From positions 95,612,421-95,676,420 of the forward strand of contig NC_068988.1 of assembly GCF_001194135.2 (NCBI RefSeq): a DNA stretch of 64,000 nt, given 5' to 3'. This document shows, piece after piece, positions 29,901 through 42,036 of this stretch. The position numbers and the translations under genes are program-made. This DNA is from Octopus bimaculoides (Eukaryota). Positions within the stretch are counted from its first letter, which is position 1, and the number at the start of each line of letters is the position of its first letter. Under the pieces are notes generated by a model. That model saw only the letters and a program-made list of their open reading frames with translations, searched no databases and was not told the DNA's origin.

Positions 29901-31762
29901 GTAATCATCATTGTTTAATGTCCGCTTTCCATGCTGGCATGGGTTGGACGGTTTGACTGAGGACTGGTGAGCCAGAAGGCTGTACCAGGCTCCAATCTGA
30001 TCTGGCAAGGTTTCTACAGCTGGATGCCCTTCCTAATGCCATCCACTCCAAGAGTGTAGTGGGTGCTTTTTACGTGCCTCCGGCATGGGGACCAGTCAGG
30101 TGGTACTGGCACCGACTGTGCTCAAATGGTACTTTTTACATGCCACTGGCACAGGGGCCAGTCAGGCGGTGCTAGCTTTGACCACGCTTGAATGGTGCTT
30201 TTTACATGCTACTTGTATGGGGGCCAGTCAGGCGGCACTGACAATGACCACACTCGAATGGTGCTATGAATTCATTGTCCTAAATCAGTGGATCAACCAT
30301 TTTTTTGATCTATGGACCCCTTTGGTTACTATTTCATTCTGGCACCACTGCTCCTAACATGGCACTAATGCTTTTTACGTGGCACCATCACCCATCTACC
30401 AAATTCATTCACAGGGCTAATGGTGTGTGTGTGTGTGATAACTGATACAGCAGGCAACAAAAGAAAAACAAAAAAATTTATTGATTCAACAAAAAAAAAT
30501 AAGGAAACTGAAGTATTTCTAAATATAGAAATAAAATATATTTTTGAGGACAAATTTATTTTTAAAAGGAAATGTGTGATTAAAAAAAAAAACACACACA
30601 TAAACTCATTAAAAAAATTTGGTACATTGTTTATTTTGTTCGTTGTTTGTTTTCTTTTATTTTCAATGAATTTGTAAAGAATTACAAAATGGAAATATCA
30701 ATATTGCGACAAAAACAGTTTCTGGAATAAAGACATTTTTTTTAAGAACTGACTAACCATAAAAGCTACCTTCTTCAAAAATACAGGGATTCTTAAAGAA
30801 ATAATTCTATTACTAAAATTTTAGTGGTTTTTGTCTTTCTCTTGCATTAATTTTTTTTTTTTGAAACTTTTGGTAAAAAAAATGAAAAAATTTTTCTAAT
30901 CCTTGTAAAGAATAAATTTCTCAAAATCCAATATTTAGATAAGAGAAAAAGCTACAGGTTGTGTGAGTGTGAGAGAGAGAGAGCGAGAGAGAGAAGGGGG
31001 TGGGGACAGAAAGAAGCCCTTTCAGCCTCAAATAAATGAATAAAACTACTTTATGTGTCAAATACTTTTTCATCCCTTTGTAAATTCAAAATTATACATG
31101 TACATATTTTACAATGTATGTATGTAATAATTCATGTTCATTTTCTATGCCCATATTGGGTAGGAGGGTTCAAAAGGAGTCGAGGATCAGAGGACCCTGC
31201 CTTGCTCCAATCTCTCGTTTTGGCCATGATTTCTACAGCCGGATGCCCTTCCTAAAACCAACCACTTTACAGAGTGGACTGGGTGCATTTTATGTTGGCA
31301 CCAACACTGTAGAGGCTGCCTTACCCTCGGCAAGACTAAAGAGTCCTCTTAAACCCTGTATTGTTGCTATTTAAATCAATTACCAACCATTTAAGGAATG
31401 TAGTGGATGTTCTTTGTGGCCCCAGCACTGTTGGAGTTGCCTTACAGCTTACAAAGCAGAAAAGAGAGCCAGTCGATGAGGGACAGGTGAGCGTTAGTGT
31501 GAGGGGATGATACTGATGAGAATAGCAGAGAGAACAGAGTTGGGGTAGGAGTAGAGGAGACAGAGGGAGAAGGAGTGGGAATGAGTAATGTGAGGGATTT
31601 GTGTGAAGGGGGGAGAGAGAGAGAGAGAGAGAGAGAAGGGGTGCAATACTCTCCCCATGGTGATGGGGGGAGTTGAAAAGATGGGACCCATGAAACCAGA
31701 ATGGATCGAAAGATTCATCAGGATCTGAAACAGTTCTTAATGGAGTTTTACAACAGATTTAC

Positions 31763-31815
<53 letters not shown>

Positions 31816-32313
31816 NNNNNNNNNNAGAGAGAGAGAGAGAGAGAGGGAGAGAGAGGGAGAGGGAGAGAGAGAGAAGGAGAGAGAGAGAACATGGCAGAGG
31901 AAAAGATTAATATAGACAGTGTGAGGGTAACAGGAAAGAAAAGGATAAGGGCAGCGGGGAAGGAGGAGAAGAAAGGTTGAGTAGGAGGAGATACATGGAT
32001 GGGTAGAGCAGTGCAAAGAGAAGAGATGTGTGTGTGTCTTTATATATCTAGAGTCTGTTTTAGAGATTTGCTGATGAATGGCTAAGACCTAACTAAATGG
32101 TCATTCCCTTCATCTTGCAGATTAACGTAGAAATCTGAGCAGAACATTTATTACATTGGGGCCTCATTAATCAAAGGGGCAAAATAAAGCCCAAAACCTC
32201 TCATTGGACTAATGTTTAAAAAAAAAAAAAAAAGCATGTTTGTGTGTACGGATTAAATAATCATCTACAGAAACAAAATTTCTGTGCTTTTTCACCTTAA
32301 ACCTTATTCTATA

Positions 32314-32395
<82 letters not shown>

Positions 32396-35300
32396 CATAC
32401 ACACACACACATACATACATACACACACATACACACACATGCGCATGCACACATTTAAATATCATCATCATTGAACAACCATGTTCCATGCTAGCAAGTA
32501 CTGGGGTTGATGTAATCAACTGACACCCACTCTCTCTAAAATTGCTGGCCTTGTGCCAAAATTTGAAACTATCATCATCATCATTAAAGACAGCAGATTG
32601 ACAGGATTGTTAGGGGATCAAATAAAATACCTTGTGGTATTCATCCCAGCTGTTTACATTCTAACTTCAAATCCCCTTCCATTTTTTCAAGGTTGATAAA
32701 ATAAAAATAAAAATAGACTGGCACGAGGCCCCTAATTTAGGGGAAGGGGACATTTAATATAACTGACCCCCCCACCCCCACTACTTGACTAAGAAATCAT
32801 TGTTATTGTAAGAGCATTGTCAGAACAGAATCAAATGAGAACTGAATGAAATGTTTTGGGAGTATTTCTTGGGAGTCTTTACATTCTAAGTTCAAACCCC
32901 ACTGTGGTTAATATCGCATCCCATCCACCCAGGGCCAACGAAAGTATTGGAGCAAATAAAATCAAATAGTTCTGACCCCCTCCTCCAAGAAAAAAAAAAT
33001 TTCTGACCTTATGCTTAGAAACACATTATTATTGTTATTGAGTGAGAGAGCAGTGCATGCCATCTAAGTGACACTGAGATACAAATATACGAAGCCCATT
33101 ATACCCATCATGACTACCCGTTTGGTAAGGGTACACCAGGCACGTGCATCACAACNNNNNNNNNNGTGGCTGATGGTAAAGGGGAAGAAGAAAAAAAAAA
33201 AAAACCAACCAACCAATCAAAATAAACATTCAGATAAAAGACTGGACAATTTCAAGGTCAGTGCTCATAAGAATTAATCTAGAAATAATGAAGGCACTTA
33301 ATAAATCAAATCAAAATGGCTGACATGGCCGATGACAGTACCGCCTGATTGACACTCGTGCCAGTGGAACGTTAAAAGCACATCCGAGCATAATCGTTGC
33401 CGGTGCCACCAGACTGGCTCCTGTGCAGGTGGCACATAAAAAACACCTTTTGAGCATGGTCGTCGCCAGAACCGCCTGACTGGCCCTCATGCTGGTGGCA
33501 CATAAAAGCACCCACTACACTCTTGGAGTGGTTAGCGTTAGGAAGGGCATCCAGCTGTAGAAACTCTGCCAGATCAGATTGGAGCCTGGTGCAGCCTTCT
33601 GGCTCGCCAGTCCTCAGTCAAACTGTCCAACCCATGCCAGCATGGAAAGTGGATGTTAAACGACGATGATGATGATGATGATGACGATGATGAATATGTA
33701 GTGCAGTGGTTCCCAACAATGATTCCCAACCGCTTTATCTGATTTTTCCCCACGGACCCCTTTTAATATGCATCTCCTTATGCATACATACATATGAAAT
33801 TTTCAATTTAGTTCACTGACCCCACCAGGTACTACCTTTTGCGGACCACCAAGGGTCTGCAAACCACCAGGAGTCGGTGGACTCCAGATTAGGAACCACT
33901 GGTATAGTGTATAACAATACACGGGGTGGGGTACAGGGCTGTATTTGTAGACATAATTAGCTTGCAAACAATTTCGATGGTTAAAATTCAGTCAAAGACA
34001 GAGAAGATTTTGGTGTGGAACAATAAAAACTATTGGGGATTCCACTTGGTTCTAGTCGGACTTTGATGTAAACAAAGAATATCAAACAGTTTTGTGCAGA
34101 TTTAATAGAAAATCTTCCATGAAATTATCTGCCAATTAAAATCCTGGTGTTCATCACCACACTAATTATAACAGTGTTCTTCATAAAACATAATTAATAT
34201 AGATTTCTCATACAGAAAGCAGCTTAGAGTTATGAAAACAAATTGACCAAATGAAATATAATCTGGAAATGATCAGGTTCCAAAAATTAGTAAACATTGT
34301 TCTTTTTTTGCTTTTTTTTTTGTTATTTTTTTTTTTCTGTGGTGAAGCTGAATATTATGAAAACAAAGTCAATAGATTGAAAAAACAAAGTGATGAAATG
34401 ATCGAAGTGGACAAATCACTAAAGCCACGACATAAAACCACTCACCGACTTAATGCTTTGAGTCCGGGAGATGTAGGTAGAAAGGGATCATCGAAGAAAG
34501 GGTCGTCTTCTGGCGTCTCTGGCAATAAACTGTTCAAGGATTGTTGAGGGAGAGCTTTGGAGTCAGAGCTTTTGATATTGTTCCAATCAGACGATAAACT
34601 GAAAGAGTCTGCTTTCCTGTTCACAGAGCCATCTAACTGTTGGAGACAAGCAAACAAACATATTAGGTTGACAACATTTCATTAAAACGGAAAAAAAAAA
34701 AAAAGGAACATTAACTTTATTCAAAACACATTTCCTTAATTTTCAAAACATACAAAAGAACAAACCAATTCCTTATTCGCAACTCATCAATGCTTCAATT
34801 TCTGTCGACCGTTTCCATGTTGTTCTTGGTCTGCTATGCTTCCATTTCCCAACAGATTCCAAGCTTTGTAATATTGGAAACGGGTTCCCATAGTCAAACC
34901 CCATTTACTCTTCTTGATCTGGGTTTCAAGGGGTTGCCGGTTCTGTTTGAGAGTTTGTTTAGCCATCGCCACCCTGAGGATGTTCAAGAGACACCTAGTC
35001 ACAAATACTTGAAGCTTGTCAATGGAGAACTCTGTGACTTGCTGTTTCACACACACACACACACACACACGGCAGAGCTACCTTTATGTTTGTGTCAAAG
35101 ATTCAGAGTCTTGTGTTCGTTGACATAGTCTGTGATCCCCAACAGCAATATTTTTAAAAAGAACACCAAGTGTAATTTGTCTGTAAATCTATTTTTTAAG
35201 CAAATAATAATAATAATAATAATAATAATGATGATGATAATAATAATAATATCTACACTCAGAGTTAGTTTCACCAATGCTATCTTAAAGAAAACGAGAC

Positions 35301-38300
35301 TTTTATGTGGTCTTTTGACATGCTAGAAAAAACAACCAAATACCTCTCAAACTACACTCAGCAACATTAAACAAGGAAAAAAAAAAAAAAATCCAGTCTT
35401 AGACAGTCCTGAAAAAGCTGGGATGGTTATATGGAATGTTTTTGATCGTAGGTGTGCTCAAATATTGTTGCAGGGGAGGAGCTATGGGTAGAGAGCAATA
35501 GTCGTGGGAGTTCAGAGGAGTGATGTATATTAGGAGTGACAAGAGGAGGATTATATTAAGGACAAGCATAGAGATGACAGGTCACTTAAGTACAAAGGTA
35601 AAGAACAGACTAAGTACCAGTAATACAGCAAGGGTGATGCAGCTGATTATGACTCCCCAATGCTTCACCAATCCCTAATAAAAGTTGGTTCTGTGCCGAA
35701 GTTACAAACCACTTTGTAGTTAGTTGTCCAATCAACAGATCAGTGACAGTCAAAAACAAAGAAGTTCTATTTATGAGGGTGAGTCAAAAAGTAAAGCCAT
35801 TTTGTTTATAATTACCAACACAGGGACATGTATCATACATCAAAATGAAGCTGGTCCTCTGTGGATCACATCCCTACTTCTCAACATAGTCACCATTTCT
35901 CTCAATAGCAATGTTCCACCTTCGAATGAGAGCATGTATCTCTGCCTCGTAAAATTCTGTTGACTGTTCTTTGAGCCACTGCTTCACTAGTTTTCACTTC
36001 CTCGTCATTGGATTATCATTGTCACTGGACTATCATCTCTTTGGCCCCATGAAAGAGGGTTTGAGAGGCAAACATTATTCCAGTGACGAGGAAGTGAAAA
36101 CTATAGTGAAGAAGTGGCTCAAAGAACAGTCAACAGAATTTTACGAGGCAGGGATACATGCTCTCATTTGAAGGTGGAACATTGCTATTGAGAGAAACGG
36201 TGACTATGTTGAGAAGTAGGAATGTGATCCACAGAGGACCAGCTTCATTTTGATGTATGATACATGTTCCTGTGTTGGTAATTATACCTGTCCTAAACAA
36301 AATGGCATTACTTTTTGGACTCACCCTCATAGAAAACACACCCAGGTGAGAGGTTGAATAGGAATTCTGAACAGCAAACACCAGAATGAAATAGAAAACA
36401 ATAAAGAAAAAGAAAATTTTAAAAAACAGGAAATTCCATCGAATGTCTAAATACACAACAACAAAAACAAAAGTAAATATTTAGGAATAATATAAAAGAA
36501 AGTAAAGATAGTCAAATAGTTCTGTTATTAATCCCATCACACACACACATACATCTACACACACTGAAATGCAAACAAAGACATTCTATATTGTGTGACC
36601 AGTTACAAATTCTTCCAGTGCCATAAAATGACTGAATCATTAATAGACTATTTCCTCTTTCAGAGAAGAAATCACGCAATATAGAAAGATCAATATTGGG
36701 AAACATTTACCAATAAAGAAAAAGGAGAAAAAAAAAAACCAACCTTATTTCTATTATCTATTGATGACAAGAAAACTAAAAGAATATTTGATTGAAAACA
36801 GAAGAAATCCAATATATAAAAGATGTCTCCATTTGCCTGCTTCAATATTCACATTTAAGATTTAGTGACCAAAGATTTTGCTTTGGTGCTTATACACAGA
36901 ACCTTTTCCAAGAATATTCTCATAGAGGGGAAAACAACTCAGCTCATTAAACTAAATGAAACACAACATGGCAGTCCTGGTTTAGGATGAATGTTGCTGT
37001 AATTTAGCCCCAGGAAACATCGTCTCCAGCTGGCTATACAACACGATCTGTGTCCTTATATTTTCAAACAAGGGAATCTAGCACCCCGACCCCTCAGCTC
37101 AAAACAATATCCGTGAATCACGATTCCCGGGTTATTTCCTTTCATCAGCACAGAATAACCCAGAAACCACGATACACAGATATTGTTTTGAGCTGAGGGG
37201 TCGGGGTGCTAGATTCCCTTGTTTATAAATATAAGGACACAGATCGTGTCGTATAGCCAGCTGGAGACGATGTCTGCTGGGACTAAATTACAGCAACATT
37301 CGTCCTAAACCAGGACTGCCATGTTATGTTGGCAAACAATCTTTACTCCAAAGTACTGTTGCTGAATATCTCTCGTTGTGAGATTTAAAAATAGTAATTT
37401 TCTAAATGAAGCACATTAAGAATGTTGCTGCAACTGTTTTAATAAGGTGTTGTAGATTATTTTGAGTTAAATATTTTCAACAGGGGCACAAAACAGTATC
37501 TGGATACCAAACAGACAATTTCTTGGTTGATCAAGTTCCTTGGTACCCCTTCAACCAAGCCATCAAATACCTCTTCTAATGAACTGAAGTGGTTCAATTA
37601 ATCCAAGACCAAGTAAATATGGACAAAACCCATCTCTCTCTAAGTTATACACTTACAGAGAGAATTCAGTGCTGTGTATTACAAATAGTGCAACTGGTGG
37701 TGATGATGAGGACGATGCATTTGCGCAGACTGAAGCATATGCAGTTTGTGGTATCTGCCTACAGCGAGGTAGACTGAGCTGTTTAGGCACAGACAGACAA
37801 GTGATTAAGGAGTTCCACATAATTCTGGTTCTGATCCTACTGCATAGTTCTTCGAGTGTCTTCTACCCTGGACTCCTATTGAGCAATGCCTTCTGAGTAA
37901 AACCAGATTGATGGAGACTGTGCAGAAGCCTGTCATGTGTGTATGTGTATATAAATACATGTTGTGAGTTCGATCCCTGGCAGCATGTGTCCTTGAGCAA
38001 GACATTTTATTTTACATGGCTCCAGTCCACTCACCTGGCAAAAAATGAGTTGTACCTGTAATTACAAAGGGCTAGCCTTGTCCCATTCTGCATCACAATG
38101 AATCTCCCTAAGAACTACATTAAGGGTAGATGTGTCTGTGGAATACTCAGCCACTTGCACATTAACTCCATGAGCAAGATGTTCAACTGGAACCCTCGTC
38201 ACTGTAGGTTGTTGATGGTTGCTGAGTCCGAGATGGTATAAACACAGATGTCCAACCCATGCTAGCATGGAAAGCAGACGTATAATGATGATTTCCCAAT

Positions 38301-41300
38301 TACTTACGTTATGTTTTACCTATTGTTTTATGTGTGTTGGTTGTGGCACTTGGCTATTTTATGACATCTAGAACGAAAAAACAAAACAAACAAACAAAAC
38401 ATAGCAACATATATAAAACAATGGAAGTTTTACAAAATGGAACAACCATTACAAATTGCTGCTGCTTGGGGGAGGATCGTCATTTAACATTCATTTTCCA
38501 TGCTGGCATGGGTCGGGCAGTCTGAAGAGAACTGCACCAGATTCTATTGTCTGTTTTGGAATGGTTTCTCCAGTTGGATGCCCTTCCTAATGCCAACCAT
38601 TTTACGGAGTGTACTGGCTGCTTTATTCATGTGGCACCAGCAACGGTGCTTTTTACTAACTCTGGCACCAGGGTTCTCGACTCGTACTCCAATCTCAGAA
38701 AGATGAGCTGAAAGGGGAAACTAGCTGATGGTGGGAGGAAAGTTCAAAATATTGACCTAGTCAATGAACAGAATATTTTGTAGTAAGAAAGTACACATCC
38801 CAACTTCTACAAACATAAACAAGGAGTCTGAAAGTTATTATTATTATTATTTAGGGGTTAATTGTTTCCTATTTGAGTGAAACAATATACTTTTGCATTC
38901 AGCTGATGTTCATCAAAGTCAGATATTTTATAAAACTTTTTCTTGTGTTGAGAGAATGAGGTTTCAGAGACAAAGTCAGATCAGCTTCAATATTCTACAT
39001 TATGTACTTTGGTAAACCATTTCTACAAATAGAATTTATGCCAAGCCGACATTGTGGGGTGTTTTTGTTTTTTTCACTTTTGTGCAAGTGAATCTGAACT
39101 CAGACCATAAACAGATGTAACCTGATAGCAAGTCTGCTGTCCATTACCATTTTAATTAAATGCCAATGTGTACACACACACCCACGAAAAACAGAGATTA
39201 GTATTTAATTAAAGGGCTTTTCTGGTAACGAAACTGGATTCTAGTCACACTAATCAAATACACCAGCAACACTCCCCCCCTCCCCTACTGCAACAAACTC
39301 AAAATAGTTTATAGATACAGACATCTACAAATATACAGACTTTATAATGGTTTTGTATAGCAACTTGCTTCAGTCTTTAGCACAAACCTAATCACAGTGA
39401 TGCGATGTCTTTCATCTCTCTTTTTTCTATCTCAGTAACAAAATCAATTCTTTAAGCTGTTTCTCACAATCTATTTTCCATATTCTTCAATATTTCCCAC
39501 ATTTTTTTATTCTTTTAGTGGTTTCAGTCACTGAAGCCATGCTGGAGTACTACTTTATGAATATTTTTCTTCATTTTCTTAAATGTTTTTTTTTCATTTC
39601 ATTCTAACCAAATATTTCTACCATTAAATTTCCATCAACTTTAATCTTTGTTAATATCTGGGTTCCATTAGACGACCACAGAATGACATCCAGCATCTTT
39701 TGCCCATTGAAATATTGGCAAAAGACGATGCTTCCGAGGTTTTAAGATGCTTCTGCAGTAAAAGTTTACTTCGACTACGGAGGATGCTTCAAGAGGTAAA
39801 ATTTTAACAATGAAAATTTGACAGCATTTCTTTACTAAACATGTGTACCTGATGTTTTTAAGAGGCACCTTTACCTTCAGATTGCATTGTGTTGATTCGA
39901 CTGCAGAATGTCATTCGCTTATTTTATTACTGGTGGAAGGACGGGGGGGGGTGTCAACATCGAAATAACAAATTTTTAACAACGATCGAAGGTTAAAGGC
40001 TGATGTAAGGGAGTTAATAATGTTGACTTAACAACAGAGTTGCCTCCCTTGCTTTTGTAAAGTGTACATCTGGTATCCTAGTAGTAATCTCGAAGAAATT
40101 AATGTTTTCCTCAACAGAACCAGCCTCAGCGTTAGTGTTCTGACATGACACGATTATAGCAATTCGTAGTTTCTCCAGGAATGCCATAAACTAACAATAT
40201 TTGCTGCATTTTCTCTCTTCAGATCGAACTTTTGTAAAATATACGAAAAAATAGTACAGCTGCTATCTTTTCTTGATTCTTCTGAAGAATTTTCTTAAAC
40301 TTGACCGATTCTTTTCAATAGCATCAAATGGTAGATTTTAACTGCAATTAGGGAGAGTGTGTAATGCCACAGCAGTTCTTTGTAATAGCCAAGTTTCCTT
40401 CCTTGGATATTGGTATTAATCAACTGTCTCTCTAGTTATCTATTGCCTTTTTTTGATGGTGTACAATATTGCAAGCTTCCAGGGTACACGTTGAACATCT
40501 TCGAGGTAAACCTCCAGAAATTGCTGAGGGTAATACCAGTCCAGTTGGAAAGAACTGCAAGATGCCCTCAAATCAATCCAGGATGGTAAAGCTTGCAGTA
40601 TGAATGGCATCCCTGCACACGTCTGGAATTTGGAACAACTCCTAGAGATCTGCAATTCTGAATTCCAACAAAATATATTCCTTCATGATCCAATATTTAC
40701 AATGTCACCCAACATCATTCAAATGTAAGTTCTCATAAAAAAAAAGGCTGAAAGAATCATGTATCGGACACCTCTAGCACGTTGTTGAAACTACAGCAAA
40801 AATCTTCCCAATCAGATGCAAGTTCTCCAGCTGCCTTGGCCCCCCCCCTCCTGTCCAACCAACTCATTCTTTGCCAGCCTCTTCATCTACTACCCACTAC
40901 TTTTCCCTCCAAGATAATATTTTCCAAACGTCTGCCTCTTCAAATATGGCTTTAATGAGCTTTTCTTTTTTGCTTCACAAAGTCAGTCTTTCACCTACTT
41001 ATTCTAACAACCGATTCATTTGACTGATGATCTTCCTAAGAAACTCGTAACATCTCCCACACACCCACATTTCTCTTCAGATTTGTCCAGGGCCCATGCC
41101 TTTGCAACCGTAAATGCCTGTTGGCCAAATGAAGGCATCAGGATACAATATTTATTACCAACTCGTCTTTAATTGGGGCAATTCTTGGCAATTCCTTCTA
41201 CAGAACTATCAAATTCATCCAGTTTGTCTTTCAAATAGAAATTCTTCAAAACCACCTGTTGCAGGAAATTCCAGTGATAAAGGTTAAACATTTAAACACT

Positions 41301-41992
41301 CAAAGACAACAAAAGAGATGCATTATTCTTTTACCTTAGTAAAACCATTTCCCAATTTATGGTCCAAAGTTCTATTTGTGGAATTATTTACAGCAGGAAG
41401 TTTGTTATTTTTAACAGCAGGGGTTTCACCAATATTTTTCTCTTCCAAAACGTAACTTTTCAGGACAACCTTTTTACAATATTCAAACAGGTGCTTGTAC
41501 ATAGTTAAGAACTCGTCAAAGTTAATATCTGAGATAAAGACAAAAATAAAAGGAATCACTTTATTACATTTCTTTTTTTTTTAAATTACAAAACAATGGG
41601 GGAGTTTGTACAGTTTCAAACAGAATTTTATTTAATTGATTACAGAAACAAAATTCATTCGGAAACCATTTTATGTATACTTACTGACAAGACATTTGAG
41701 CCTTCAGCATTTAAACCCCCCACATCCAGCCCAAATATTCTGTTTTATGTTTAAACTAGCCAGATCTGGCACTTTCCACCTACCCTACAATGTAATTCCC
41801 AAGAATAAACAATCACATCATTACAATCTCAAAGCTACAAGATAATACATGATTAATTTAAAACAATGTGAATAAATAAGTATTACCTTTGTCAGGAGAA
41901 TATGAATGCTAAAGGGTTAACCCAAAACGGAACTACATTCTGGTAACTGTTTGCCATTTACCAAACTCATCAATTCTTAATAGCATATTATT

Positions 41993-42036
<44 letters not shown>

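Noticed and set aside
30062-30265. CRISPR-like periodic array
   Set aside because: It is a contiguous 66-bp tandem repeat with no unique spacers, inside a eukaryotic retroelement.
37589-37896. Plus-strand ORFs including [25 protein letters not shown]
   Set aside because: No convincing splice sites, start context or recognisable family; the (GAT)n core explains the acidic run.
41159-41245. Upstream acceptor (GCAACAG|GTGG) giving a longer exon 10
   Set aside because: All three frames hit stops; only the shorter 39-nt form is open.
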